A stretch of DNA of 64,000 bases from a virus, in the IMG/VR virus record IMGVR_UViG_3300017963_000242, positions 1 through 64,000 of that record; one strand, written 5' to 3'. Both the position numbers and the translations under genes were made by a program. The notes below the pieces were generated by a model. The model was not told where the DNA came from, ran no database searches, and worked only from the letters and a program-made list of their open reading frames with translations. Below are positions 1-9,518 of the stretch, piece after piece (position 1 is the first letter of the stretch; each line of letters starts with the position of its first letter).

Positions 1-1
1 T

Positions 2-181
2 CAGGCAAAAGAGAAGGCGCAACGCGAGAGCGTGAACATCAGCGCCATGTTGCGTTCCTGGCTGTTAGAATGGGTGGAGGGAAGACGTGCCGTATCGAGC
101 GTACAAGACAGAACTCAAACCGACCAACATGTGGAAAATTGGAGACCTGTCGCCGTGGCTGACACAGAAAGAGGACGCTGA
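2..181 (+). CDS. Partial (5'-truncated) small ribbon-helix-helix-like DNA-binding protein
   Basis: Open frame QAKEKAQRESVNISAMLRSWLLEWVEG...; its TGA overlaps the ATG at 181. Confidence 0.45.
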   Translation, partial: QAKEKAQRESVNISAMLRSWLLEWVEGRRAVSSVQDRTQTDQHVENWRPVAVADTERGR

Positions 182-1218
182 TGACCGAACCGACCAATAA
201 TGACCAAGAAGTACGCGGCTTGACCGCCAAGTTGTTTGACAAGCTGCGTCTTGTGATGGGCGCGGTTGGCAGCATCAAAAAGGATGGATTCAACGACCAT
301 CACAAATATGCCTATGTTCGTGACCAAGATGTGAAAGATGCCGTCCGCGAAGCGATGCTAGACAATAACCTGATGTGGTTTCCGTCTTGCACTCGTGTCG
401 AGCAGGAAGGCAATCATACGGCATCAACATTCATCGTGACGATTGTAGATACCGAGACCGGGTTCACCTGGCAATTTCCTTGGTTCGGAGAAGCGAACGA
501 CACGCAGGATAAAGGCTTTGGCAAGTCGTCTACGCTTGGATTCAAGTATCTCTGGCTGACGATGCTGCTCATTGGCGTAGAAGATGACCCTGACGGCAGC
601 GCGCCAGTTGAGCGTGGAGACAGACCGCAGTCCAGCAGACAGACCTCTAACACTCCGGTCGAAGCCGCCGACCCGGCACAATTCAAGCTGCGCTTTGGAA
701 AACACAAAGGAAAAACCGTTGCTGAAATCGGTGGCGATCCAGATGATTCCGGGTGGCTCAAGTGGGCGCTTGAAAACCTGGACAATGACGAACGCAACGC
801 AGAACTGCTTACCACAATTAAAGCATACTTTGGTATGCTCGATGGCAATGCGCCACAGGCCGAGCAAGGCCACTGGACCGAGACGCAGGACTGGCAAGCG
901 TTCTATGCCGCAGCCGGTAGTCTCGGTCTGAGCAATGCCGATGTTCACACGGCGCTGAAAGTCAAAAGCGCCAAGGATTATCTTGGTACGAAAGGTCAAG
1001 CCTGGAATGCTCTGGTCCAGTTTGCTACAGAAACCGTTGTCGGCTGGCCGAACCATAGCAAGCTGCTCGAAGAGTGGTTCAGGTTCTTAAACTCGCTTCC
1101 TGCGGACAAGCGACCATCGCCCGGCCAAGCGGTCAAGTTGCTTGGCGATGGACCTATCACCGAGTTCAATGATACTTTGGCCGTGGCGATGAATATCGTG
1201 CGCGGCAAGATCGAGTAA
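181..1218 (+). CDS. ERF-family single-strand annealing protein (recombinase)
   Basis: N-terminal IKKDGFNDHHKYAY...DKGFGKSST..KY..EDDPD ERF pattern; internal FGKHKGK motif. Confidence 0.75.
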   Translation: MTEPTNNDQEVRGLTAKLFDKLRLVMGAVGSIKKDGFNDHHKYAYVRDQDVKDAVREAMLDNNLMWFPSCTRVEQEGNHTASTFIVTIVDTETGFTWQFPWFGEANDTQDKGFGKSSTLGFKYLWLTMLLIGVEDDPDGSAPVERGDRPQSSRQTSNTPVEAADPAQFKLRFGKHKGKTVAEIGGDPDDSGWLKWALENLDNDERNAELLTTIKAYFGMLDGNAPQAEQGHWTETQDWQAFYAAAGSLGLSNADVHTALKVKSAKDYLGTKGQAWNALVQFATETVVGWPNHSKLLEEWFRFLNSLPADKRPSPGQAVKLLGDGPITEFNDTLAVAMNIVRGKIE

Positions 1219-1302
1219 ACAGTAGGTGCATCTACGTTCGTTCTACCCGGCGTGGACCTAGACCGGCATTGACGGCGGGGATGCACCTAGAAAGGAAAGC
1301 AA

Positions 1303-2268
1303 ATGGACCAGTTACCATTGTTTGAAGAGATGACCGAGCCACCACAAGACGAAGTGTGGACAGACGATGGATTGCCTGATGCGTCGCAGCCGCGCAGCGC
1401 ATTGCACGCAGTACCAGAACACATCCGACGGCAGAAACTCGAAGGTCAGTTTGAACCTGAACCCGGTCTTAAGTTCTGTGCCTTTGACCTGGAAATCGCT
1501 CGACCGTTTGAGCTTGGGCGTCCCTATGGGATTTCGTGTGCGGCGACCTTGACCAGTGATGGTGATTCTGTCTTGTGGCACGGCGCAGAGACATCGCCTG
1601 ATGCACCGCTACCCGAACAGATGAATCCGCGAGAAGTACAAGAACTTGCTGGCTACCTTGCCGACCAACAGGCGCAAGGCTATCACGTCGTCACCTGGAA
1701 CGGGCTTGGTTTTGACTTTGATGTGCTTGCAGAAGAAGCACAAAACGAGTTGTGGACACTTGACATTGAAAAGCTGGCAATGGAACATATCGACCCGGCA
1801 TTTCAAATGCTGTGTGACCGTGGCTATATGGTCGGGCTTGAAACGGCTGGCAAGGGCCTGAACGTTGGTGCGAAAACAGAAGGAATGCACGGCGACCTGG
1901 CTCCTATTCTTTGGAGTGGATGGCCGGATGAGCTAGTCGATGACCAAGGAGAAGGCGCAACCCGAATGCGTTCTCAAATCGAGTTGCTTGACGTTGCTGT
2001 TGGCACGAGAGAAGCGCAAGACCTGTGCCTGATCTATGTCGCTCAAGACGCCAAACTGACAGCCGATGTCTATCGCGCTGTTTGTGAAGGAAAGCGTCTG
2101 CCCTGGATTGCGCGTAGCGGTCGGCCTAACGCCTGGTATCCAACGATGAGCGATAGCCGGTTGCTGACCGTGAATGAGGCGCTTGAAATCCCAGAACCAG
2201 ATACGTCTTGGATGTCCAGGCCGCGTCTGCGGTCTGATGTGATGAGTTGGATTGGCAAGGAGGCGTAA
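1303..2268 (+). CDS. DnaQ/RNase H-fold 3'-5' exonuclease-like protein
   Basis: ExoI FDLEI, ExoII WNGLGFDF, ExoIII YVAQDA motifs; follows the recombinase. Confidence 0.7.
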   Translation: MDQLPLFEEMTEPPQDEVWTDDGLPDASQPRSALHAVPEHIRRQKLEGQFEPEPGLKFCAFDLEIARPFELGRPYGISCAATLTSDGDSVLWHGAETSPDAPLPEQMNPREVQELAGYLADQQAQGYHVVTWNGLGFDFDVLAEEAQNELWTLDIEKLAMEHIDPAFQMLCDRGYMVGLETAGKGLNVGAKTEGMHGDLAPILWSGWPDELVDDQGEGATRMRSQIELLDVAVGTREAQDLCLIYVAQDAKLTADVYRAVCEGKRLPWIARSGRPNAWYPTMSDSRLLTVNEALEIPEPDTSWMSRPRLRSDVMSWIGKEA

Positions 2269-3011
2269 TGACACAACCATTTTTCAAACCACAACCTAAA
2301 GAGCCGTGGTCAGACTGGCGAATGTTTGGCCTTCTGCTCCCTGCACTGATTAGCGCACTTGGGTTTTTCATCACCGGCAGTTTCGCCTTTGCGTTCAGCG
2401 ACATCGGCGTTATCCCTGGTCCTATGCAGTCGTGGATGGTCATCGTCGGCAGCGCCTTGATCATCTTTGGCGCTGAAATGAATACGCCCTTTACTGCGGT
2501 TGAAGTCTTTCGCAAAATCTTGCGCAAAGAGGCCAATGGCTGGGACACCAGCGCCTTGGTCGTCTCGCTGATCGGGACGGTGGTCAACCTGCTCGTTACG
2601 TTCGCCAGCCGCTTGACGCTGGCAACAGCCTGGAAGAGTTTTGTGCTCAACTGGGGACCACTGTTGTCTGGCTTTGCTGTGGCGTGCGACTATTACGGCG
2701 CGTTGGTCGAGTTGGGCTTTTTGTTCGGTTCTTATGAGACGCGAATGGAGAGTTGGCTGGAAGAGAAGGCCGTGTATGATGCAGAGCACGGTATTGAACC
2801 GACCGAACCGATTCCCGAACCCGTTGCTGTCAACCCGCGCTGGCGGGCTGCGAACATCGACGATGTACGCGCGTTGAGGTTGAACGGAGAGCGGGCGACG
2901 TTGACCCGCGCTGGGCTCAAGCGTGCATTGGCAGAGCAGCGTCAGGTGCGGGTTGCTTGTTCGTCGTCCACGGTCGGGCGATGGGTGAAATTGGCAAAGG
3001 AAGGAAAGTAG
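2268..3011 (+). CDS. Four-TM membrane protein with C-terminal HTH-like tail (Spd/DUF2637-like architecture)
   Basis: Four hydrophobic segments, PE-rich linker, C-terminal SSSTVGRWVK; ATG overlaps upstream TAA and has AAGGAGG RBS. Confidence 0.6.
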   Translation: MTQPFFKPQPKEPWSDWRMFGLLLPALISALGFFITGSFAFAFSDIGVIPGPMQSWMVIVGSALIIFGAEMNTPFTAVEVFRKILRKEANGWDTSALVVSLIGTVVNLLVTFASRLTLATAWKSFVLNWGPLLSGFAVACDYYGALVELGFLFGSYETRMESWLEEKAVYDAEHGIEPTEPIPEPVAVNPRWRAANIDDVRALRLNGERATLTRAGLKRALAEQRQVRVACSSSTVGRWVKLAKEGK

Positions 3012-3012
3012 A

Positions 3013-3273
3013 ATGAAGGCGTTTTTCAAGTGGTTTGGTGAATGGTGGTTTTTGATTCTTCTTATCGGAGGCATAACTCTGATAGCAGCATGCTTGATTA
3101 TTTCTGGAATTATAGCAGACGCCGAGCGTCTTGATATTTGCTATCGCGGTGGATACGACACCGTAGAGTACCTGGGTGCACTTAATCGTCCTGGATGTTT
3201 GGACATCCGCGAAGGTGGTGTATACGTCGTTGTGCCACTAGATATCGTGCGTGCTGAATTGGAGGCTCAATAG
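3013..3273 (+). CDS. Small single-TM membrane protein
   Basis: N-terminal hydrophobic helix; tightly coupled to neighbours. Confidence 0.6.
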   Translation: MKAFFKWFGEWWFLILLIGGITLIAACLIISGIIADAERLDICYRGGYDTVEYLGALNRPGCLDIREGGVYVVVPLDIVRAELEAQ

Positions 3274-3690
3274 ATGGCGAATGGACGGTCCTCGTTTACA
3301 GCACCAGGACAGCGCGAAACGATTGTCCGTGGAGAACGAACAGACCCTCGTTCTATTCTCGGTCAGGCGTTCGTGTGGGGCGCGTGTGGCTCATTCGTTG
3401 TTTTGGTAGTGATGGTTTTCATTTTTTGGAACAAGGGCGTACGCTGGTATTGGATATGGGACAACCTGCGTTGGCTTGCTATTTTTCCAGTCGCGCCATT
3501 TGTCATTGCTGCGGTGCTGGCAGTCTATGCACTCACTGTGGAGATTTTTGACCCGAACTGGCCGCCGCCGCGCAAGGCAATGAGCAGCACGCGGCCTGTG
3601 TGGCCGCACAGTCAAGAGCGCGAACAACCCAAAGTGGACCGTCGCGTTAAAGTGGCCGACTTTATGGCCGAACTCAGCGAGGATGATTGA
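3274..3690 (+). CDS. Two-TM membrane protein
   Basis: Two hydrophobic segments; coupled to the FtsK gene. Confidence 0.6.
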   Translation: MANGRSSFTAPGQRETIVRGERTDPRSILGQAFVWGACGSFVVLVVMVFIFWNKGVRWYWIWDNLRWLAIFPVAPFVIAAVLAVYALTVEIFDPNWPPPRKAMSSTRPVWPHSQEREQPKVDRRVKVADFMAELSEDD

Positions 3691-5051
3691 AAATGAATTG
3701 GCTTGATATTGCATTGACTGCCGGCCTATCTGTGCCTGCCTACATCGCCGTGCGCCGCGTATACGATGACGTGATGATGCGGGTGATGGAGGCCCAGGCG
3801 CACAATACCAAACTGAACGCATACCGTCAGCGGCAGGCAGTGCGCAATCTGACGCACATCCCTGCGGACCAAATCGGGCGCGGTGGGTGGATGGTCAAGC
3901 CAGATGGGTCTATTTTGAATCTCGATACGCACGCGCAATTCGGCACTGACTGGAAACCGGCATACGTTGACGAGTTCCGGGAGCGATTGGACCATATGGA
4001 GCGGCTAATGCTTGCCGCTGCAAATATCAAGCAGGACGTTGCACCGCTCTTGGGTGCGACTGAGCCGGAAGTACCTCCGTTCCAATGGCCTCGGTCATAT
4101 CAGTACGAGCAAATGATGAAGTTGTACGTCAAGCGACCGTCACACCACAACATTTTGCTCGGCGTTCGGTATGATGATGATGGCAATGAGTCGCCGGTGG
4201 TCGAGGATATGGAGGATCTGATTCACATAATGATTGGTGGGCGGTCGGGCTTCGGGAAGTCAAACCTGGAATACGTCATTGCACGGCAGCTAGTGGATAG
4301 CATTGACGACTGTCGCCTTGCGTTTGTGGACTATGCCGGGATGACACTGAAACCGCTTGAGCAATCACCGCGTGTTCTGTGGCCCACTGCGACGGATGAT
4401 AAGAGCACGCTGCCCGTGCTGCGGAATGTTGTGCAAGAGCTTGAGCGCAGAAAGTCTCTTTTTGCAGACTGCCCAGGTGTACAGCGATTGAGCCAGTACA
4501 ACTCACTCGACCGTGAACCGCTCGTGCCGTGGTATCTGTTCCTGGACGAGACAAGCCAATGCCTACGAAATAAGGAATTGGCTGAAATGCTGACGGTTAT
4601 CTCTGAGCAGGCGCGCAAATTCGGGCTTGGCATTGTTGGCGCTGGTACAACCTGGCATGCAACTGTTGCGCCTGAGCCATTCCGGGTCAATTTTGCCACA
4701 CGGGCGGCTGTATACTGTTCTGCGGTGACTAGCCGCGTTGTGCTGGATCAAGATTCGTCTGCGTCTGACCTGGAACGCCCCGGCCTTGCCTGTGTGATGC
4801 TGCCCGGAAAAACTGGCGTATCGCGCATTCTGACACCGGAGGTTGAATTTAGAGTAGTCGATGGCGACGGACCGCTGATGGAATTGGATGTCGCACCAGA
4901 GCCATTAAGCGCGGGCGATAAACAAAAACGAATTCTTGAATTGCACCAGCAAGGCCAAAGTAACCGACAGATTGAGCGTGCTGTCTTTGGCTACACTGGC
5001 GGACACGCAACCACTCGCGTGAATGAGGCTATTGGCACTGCTACGATGTAG
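3687..5051 (+). CDS. FtsK/SpoIIIE-family ATPase (TraB-like: N-terminal TM, ATPase, C-terminal HTH)
   Basis: Walker A GGRSGFGKS, ELERR, Walker B LFLDE, QARKFGL; C-terminal helix-turn-helix-like segment. Confidence 0.8.
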   Translation: MKMNWLDIALTAGLSVPAYIAVRRVYDDVMMRVMEAQAHNTKLNAYRQRQAVRNLTHIPADQIGRGGWMVKPDGSILNLDTHAQFGTDWKPAYVDEFRERLDHMERLMLAAANIKQDVAPLLGATEPEVPPFQWPRSYQYEQMMKLYVKRPSHHNILLGVRYDDDGNESPVVEDMEDLIHIMIGGRSGFGKSNLEYVIARQLVDSIDDCRLAFVDYAGMTLKPLEQSPRVLWPTATDDKSTLPVLRNVVQELERRKSLFADCPGVQRLSQYNSLDREPLVPWYLFLDETSQCLRNKELAEMLTVISEQARKFGLGIVGAGTTWHATVAPEPFRVNFATRAAVYCSAVTSRVVLDQDSSASDLERPGLACVMLPGKTGVSRILTPEVEFRVVDGDGPLMELDVAPEPLSAGDKQKRILELHQQGQSNRQIERAVFGYTGGHATTRVNEAIGTATM

Positions 5052-5063
5052 TAAAAGTCGCAG

Positions 5064-5097
5064 TTATCCCAAATAGGCCATTTGGGATATTTGGGAT
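5064..5097. repeat. TATCCCAAAT/ATTTGGGATA inverted plus tandem repeat after the FtsK gene
   Basis: ttatcccaaat-aggcc-atttgggata-tttgggat. Confidence 0.7.
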
Positions 5098-5140
5098 GTC
5101 GTAGTAGTGGCTTTACAGAAAATTTACACAAGGAGATCAC

Positions 5141-5314
5141 ATGATAGTATTATTGGCGCTCGGCTTGTTGTGCACACTGGTTGGAGTCATTGGAATTTAT
5201 AATCTCGGCGCACAGTCCCGAACCATCAATGTGAATTTGTCCGGCGACTTGCACATCGGAAACGGAATCAGAGTTCCAGAAGGCGCAATAGTCATCCCGG
5301 CCAGAGCACATTGA
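5141..5314 (+). CDS. Small membrane-anchored hypothetical protein (57 aa, not in ORF track)
   Basis: AAGGAG RBS, ATG 5141, hydrophobic N-terminus, TGA 5312-5314. Confidence 0.5.
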   Translation: MIVLLALGLLCTLVGVIGIYNLGAQSRTINVNLSGDLHIGNGIRVPEGAIVIPARAH

Positions 5315-5350
5315 CAGTACGGAATATCAAGTTTCCATAAGGAGCACACA

Positions 5351-6142
5351 ATGACCAAAATTGAATGGACGCATAGAGAAGGCACAACAGGCGTTGCCTG
5401 GAATCCCGTTACAGGCTGCACTCCCGTCAGCGAGGGCTGCGCGCACTGTTACGCTGCACGTATGGCAAAGCGCCTCGCTGGGCGCTGTGGCTATCCAGCC
5501 GCGCCGCACGAGTTCGATGTCACGCTGCACCCGGACAAATTGAACGTGCCGCTACACTGGCGCAAACCACGCACGGTGTTTGTATGCAGCATGAGCGATC
5601 TTTTCCACGAGGACGTGTCGGACGATTATATTTACCGGGTGTTCCTGAGAATGGCAGAATGCAACGCGCACACGTTCATTGTGCTTACAAAGCGCGCGGA
5701 ACGGATGGCCGAATGGATGGACACGAACTGGCCCTATCTCCGGCAGGCGTGGTCGATGCAGAATATCTGGGGGCTCGTCACCGTTGAGAACCAGCAGCAC
5801 GCCAACGAGCGCATCCCGCATTTACTGCGCTGTCCGTTTACGGTGCGCGGCGTGAGCTACGAACCCGCGCTGGGTCCGGTGGATTTTGGTCTCGCTCCCC
5901 TGGACTGGCTGATCTGTGGCGGAGAGTCTGGTCCCGGCGCGCGCCCGATGCATCCCGATTGGGCACGTCAGGCCCGCGACTGGTGCAAGGTCGCTCGCGT
6001 GCCATTCTTTTTCAAGCAGTGGGGTGCTTGGCAATTTTTCCATACCGCACCGGATGGCAAGCCGATATATGAGCGTGTCGGCAAAACCCGCGCCGGTCAT
6101 CTGCTCGACGGAAAAGAGCACCACGAATGGCCGTCAGACTGA
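5351..6142 (+). CDS. Phage Gp37/Gp68 (DUF5131) family protein
   Basis: TKIEWT..WNPVTGCTPVSEGCAHCYA, SMSDLFH, GGESG, FFFKQWG. Confidence 0.9.
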   Translation: MTKIEWTHREGTTGVAWNPVTGCTPVSEGCAHCYAARMAKRLAGRCGYPAAPHEFDVTLHPDKLNVPLHWRKPRTVFVCSMSDLFHEDVSDDYIYRVFLRMAECNAHTFIVLTKRAERMAEWMDTNWPYLRQAWSMQNIWGLVTVENQQHANERIPHLLRCPFTVRGVSYEPALGPVDFGLAPLDWLICGGESGPGARPMHPDWARQARDWCKVARVPFFFKQWGAWQFFHTAPDGKPIYERVGKTRAGHLLDGKEHHEWPSD

Positions 6143-6331
6143 ATGGCTGGCCTAGTCCACGCCTACCAGATGGGCAGCTTTATAGGCGCACCGAACTCAG
6201 CACGCACTGGAAGCCCCAGCGACTTTCAGGAATGCCCGGAATGTGGTCGGAGAATGCGCAAGGGCTACCGGATGTGCCAGTCATGCCACAATGCGCAGCG
6301 CATCCTGGCGGGCAAACTCGCTCTAACATAG
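6143..6331 (+). CDS. Small zinc-finger protein
   Basis: CPECG...CQSCH. Confidence 0.5.
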   Translation: MAGLVHAYQMGSFIGAPNSARTGSPSDFQECPECGRRMRKGYRMCQSCHNAQRILAGKLALT

Positions 6332-6384
6332 AAGGACTTGGAGAGCCACCTGCTACCGTTCAGTCATAATACAAGGAGGATACT

Positions 6385-6663
6385 TTGGGACTAGACGTAT
6401 ACCTGAGGCGTGACATCGCCAACGCGCTACGTGCCACAGCTTGCGCGAGTGAAGGCGCTATCGGGCATTCGCTCAAACTGACGAACACGACAGGCGCGAA
6501 CCCGGAAACGTATACCAGGGCCGACATGCTGAATGCCTACAAGCAAGGCCAGCACAACACGCTCGTATCGCTCGGTCTGGCGTTTGGCCTAGTGCCTGTG
6601 CTGCCCAAAACGTCTACCGATGGCGCACTTGGGCTGCTGTGGGCAGAGATGCCGGATGGGTAG
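6385..6663 (+). CDS. Hypothetical protein
   Basis: AAGGAGG RBS, TTG start. Confidence 0.55.
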   Translation: MGLDVYLRRDIANALRATACASEGAIGHSLKLTNTTGANPETYTRADMLNAYKQGQHNTLVSLGLAFGLVPVLPKTSTDGALGLLWAEMPDG

Positions 6664-6696
6664 TCGAAAGAGGTCGGTGTTCTACTGATTAGAACA

Positions 6697-6762
6697 CAAC
6701 CTTAAATTCTCAAAAACACTTGACAAGGCGCGGCGAAATGTGCTATAATACTTGTGAGGTTG
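6697..6762 (+). promoter_or_regulatory. Early sigma70-type promoter (repeated family)
   Basis: CAACCTTAA, A-tract, TTGACA 6720-6725, TGCTATAAT (-10 at 6744-6749), TGAGGTTG. Confidence 0.85.
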
Positions 6763-6790
6763 AGACGAAACACACAAGGAGATAGAGCAG

Positions 6791-7024
6791 ATGGAAATCA
6801 GAGTGAGCAAGATCGAGAAGAGGCAAGGGGCAGTTGCGCAGTTCGAGAGCAGAATGGCGACCTACACCGTTTTTCAGCAAGGCGAGCGTGTTTGGGTGGA
6901 CGCCTACGGGCGCGGCGGGCGCAAAATTCAGACCCCGCACGTTCGGACGGTCCAGCAGGCGCGCGAATGGTGCGAGAGCCAATGCGCACCGGCGCAACGT
7001 CCTGAGGACGCAATCACGATCTAA
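6791..7024 (+). CDS. Small early hypothetical protein
   Basis: First ORF after promoter, AAGGAG upstream. Confidence 0.55.
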   Translation: MEIRVSKIEKRQGAVAQFESRMATYTVFQQGERVWVDAYGRGGRKIQTPHVRTVQQAREWCESQCAPAQRPEDAITI

Positions 7025-7246
7025 TCCCCCCCCCAGGCCGCCCGGAGCCGCTAATCCGGAAGGTGGCTGCGCTGTTCGTGACGGCGGTATTTCTAGATTA
7101 ATCCGTCCGCGTCTCGTTCCAATTGGCGGCAGCGCGGCCATTAACAATAGCATAAATCGGCTGGGCGTCATACTCAAAATGTGAGCAGACGCGGAAATGA
7201 GCACCAGCGCCGGACACCCGTAACCGGCAACTAGTTTCACCGACAT

Positions 7247-7327
7247 TGCTGGGAGCTTTCGAGGTATCAGGATAGTTCCTGCGCCGGGCAGTGTCAGCGG
7301 TTCGACTCCGCTGGATGGCTCCCAGTA
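7247..7327 (+). ncRNA. tRNA-like structured RNA lacking an anticodon arm
   Basis: Closing stem CTGGGAGC/GCTCCCAG; T-arm CAGCGG-TTCGACT-CCGCTG; one internal hairpin. Confidence 0.5.
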
Positions 7328-7465
7328 GCGCCGGTGTAACCGACGCGACGATGAATGATAGACAGAAAGGAGAGTACCGCTAAATGCCTGGACGCGAAAA
7401 CGCGCCGACATCGTTGGACGGGCCAGCAACCCGAACCGGCGATGTTCAAAAACTTGGAGGTCGTG

Positions 7466-7741
7466 ATGATAGACATCGGCAAAATTCCCAGCCATGTGCT
7501 TGGGGCTATCCGTCAGAACTATGGGGCATTCGATGGCTCCGACAAATCCTATGACTCCAACATTCAGAGCTTGACGCCAGAAGAGGCGTTCGAGTGCTAC
7601 TGCGAATGGCACGGGTTGCTTGACTGGGTTGCTATTTTGATTAAAACTCTGGACAGTTTATTCAAGGCGGCTGCAACTGATTCGTTCGTCTCATTTGGCG
7701 ACTGCGCGGCGGTGTGCGCAGAACAGGAGGACCAACCGTGA
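7466..7741 (+). CDS. Small phage hypothetical protein
   Basis: GGAGG RBS 7456-7460 supports a start at 7466 within track ORF 7355..7741. Confidence 0.55.
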   Translation: MIDIGKIPSHVLGAIRQNYGAFDGSDKSYDSNIQSLTPEEAFECYCEWHGLLDWVAILIKTLDSLFKAAATDSFVSFGDCAAVCAEQEDQP

Positions 7742-7817
7742 GCGATAAGACAAGGCTGCCATAGACACAAAGAACTATACGGCATCCCTGCCTGAAAGGA
7801 GGTCTGCGACCGCAACG

Positions 7818-7851
7818 AAAAGAGCCGCCCAGATGGGCGGCTCTTTGCTTT
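7818..7851. terminator. Bidirectional intrinsic terminator between convergent early and late units
   Basis: AAAAGAGCCGCCC-AGAT-GGGCGGCTCTTT with T/A tracts on both sides. Confidence 0.85.
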
Positions 7852-7862
7852 GATATGTTTCG

Positions 7863-8177
7863 CTATCTCAGTTTCGGTACAAACATGCGAATCGCTTCAC
7901 GCGCCAAGTCGCCACCTGTGTAGCCAATCATCACCGCACTGGTAAACGACATCCCTATCAGCGCGGACAATGCTCCATCGCTGGTCAGCAAAACGACGGC
8001 GTAGCCAATCAGAGCTAGTGCAAACGATGCCAGGTATTTCGCCTCGAATGGAGGCCACTTTGACCACCCGCCGTCACTGATGGCCTGCAACCCGGTTGTC
8101 ACGTATGGCAAAAGCAGCCTCAGCGCGCAACCAAGTGCCAATACCCCAAAGGCTGATCCCAGTCCTACCCAGTCCAT
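7863..8177 (-). CDS. Holin-like membrane protein
   Basis: 104 aa, three hydrophobic helices, basic C-terminus, last gene of late strand. Confidence 0.55.
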   Translation of the reverse strand: MDWVGLGSAFGVLALGCALRLLLPYVTTGLQAISDGGWSKWPPFEAKYLASFALALIGYAVVLLTSDGALSALIGMSFTSAVMIGYTGGDLAREAIRMFVPKLR

Positions 8178-8325
8178 AGACTATCCTCCTACTAGTGGCG
8201 AATCGCCGCCAAATGTTTTATACAACATCACCGCCTCTCGTTGAGATAGTGCGATGGCCGCGCACTGGTCACTCAACGCGGCAGCGATTATTCTGCCCAC
8301 ATCATACCACCGCAGCGACTCGTTG

Positions 8326-8604
8326 TCAAGCCTTTTCTTGACCCACCTTCCGGTACACCGTCACCCGACGCGAGGCTTCTACATCATAGACATCCTCGTG
8401 CTTGGTCAGGATGCCACGCGCAACTAGGTCGTCTAGCCACGGACACGCCGCTCCGGTTGTGATGGCGAATCCGTTCATCTGCCTGAACCGCGCTATGTAT
8501 TCATTCGCTGTAAAGTCGCCCGGTAGTCGTACCACAGGCGTCGTCAATTGAACGATCTCATTCAATATTTCCTCAGTCGTCACCGCCGTATCTGGTTGCG
8601 TCAC
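8326..8604 (-). CDS. Small winged-helix-like hypothetical protein
   Basis: LDDLVARGIL...VTVYR pattern; coupled to phosphoesterase gene. Confidence 0.45.
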   Translation of the reverse strand: MTQPDTAVTTEEILNEIVQLTTPVVRLPGDFTANEYIARFRQMNGFAITTGAACPWLDDLVARGILTKHEDVYDVEASRRVTVYRKVGQEKA

Positions 8605-9500
8605 AGAGATTCCTCCACTCGTAGGTCAAGCTCGTGTATCATTGGATGAACGCTGGTCAGTTTGCCGTCAATGATTTCTAGCGCAAGCATGCCGAACTGC
8701 TGTGTCATCGCAGACCTCGTTACCTGGCGCGCATAGTCGCCCATCCCGCACCACGACGGTAGCAGGAATGCGTCAAACTGATATTCCACTCCGGCTATAG
8801 TCGAGCAGTACGGAACGTGCCTGTATGTGTGCTGATGCGCACGAGTGACCACCCGTGCGTGGACTTCGCTTCTTTGTGTCCACGATGACAGCACTAGGTC
8901 GCGCAAATACCACAGCATAGAATTGCCTGCCAGCCACGTCCGACTACCCGGCGATGGGCCGTGATGCGCGTAGTCTATCCGGCAACCATTGACGTTCAAA
9001 ATGCCGTGGTAGAGCACCTTGAATTGAACGCTTGTGTATTGCGCCTTGAGCACCTGTACGACAGAGACAACTTCGCTGGCCCCTATCCCGTCATGCGCTG
9101 CTGTACCCGCAATGAATCGAGCCTGCCGGATATTTGGCAGGCTCAGTATCGGTGCTTGATTTGCGACAGCTATTAGCAGTTGGTTCGATTGTGTTCCATT
9201 TCCGACTCTCAAGGTCGGGTGCTTATGACCCTGGACTATATCGCCTTGGTGGATATAGATAACTTCATCGCCCCCTGCCAGTTCTGTGACGGCCTGTATG
9301 TCCTTCTCATACCACTTCCATAGTCGTTTTTGCAAAGCCCCCAACTGCGGTGTATACGGTCTGAACTCTCCGCTTTCGTCCTGTTCCAGCAGAGACACGT
9401 CTGGATTCATTAGTCCGAGTTTGTTGCCCGCGTGCGTATCGGCTACGAACAGAACAATGACGCGCCGCGACTTTCGTTTTCCCTTTCGTTTGGAGGACAA
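8601..9500 (-). CDS. Calcineurin-like metallophosphoesterase
   Basis: ADTHAG, GDIVQG, GTAAHD, AHHG, RAHQH motifs. Confidence 0.75.
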   Translation of the reverse strand: MSSKRKGKRKSRRVIVLFVADTHAGNKLGLMNPDVSLLEQDESGEFRPYTPQLGALQKRLWKWYEKDIQAVTELAGGDEVIYIHQGDIVQGHKHPTLRVGNGTQSNQLLIAVANQAPILSLPNIRQARFIAGTAAHDGIGASEVVSVVQVLKAQYTSVQFKVLYHGILNVNGCRIDYAHHGPSPGSRTWLAGNSMLWYLRDLVLSSWTQRSEVHARVVTRAHQHTYRHVPYCSTIAGVEYQFDAFLLPSWCGMGDYARQVTRSAMTQQFGMLALEIIDGKLTSVHPMIHELDLRVEESL

Positions 9501-9518
9501 TTTTCGTCTCCTTTGCTT

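Noticed and set aside
6697-6762. Invertible promoter switch
   Set aside because: Inverted boxes are only ~7 bp and imperfect, all four copies have the same orientation, and no invertase was seen
7247-7327. Canonical tRNA gene
   Set aside because: No anticodon arm or normal D-arm spacing
6743-7612. 289-aa minus-strand ORF (also 9286..9915 +, 25332..26180 +, 50750..51667 +, 60066..60833 -)
   Set aside because: Antisense shadows of better-supported genes or RNA elements; no RBS or motifs
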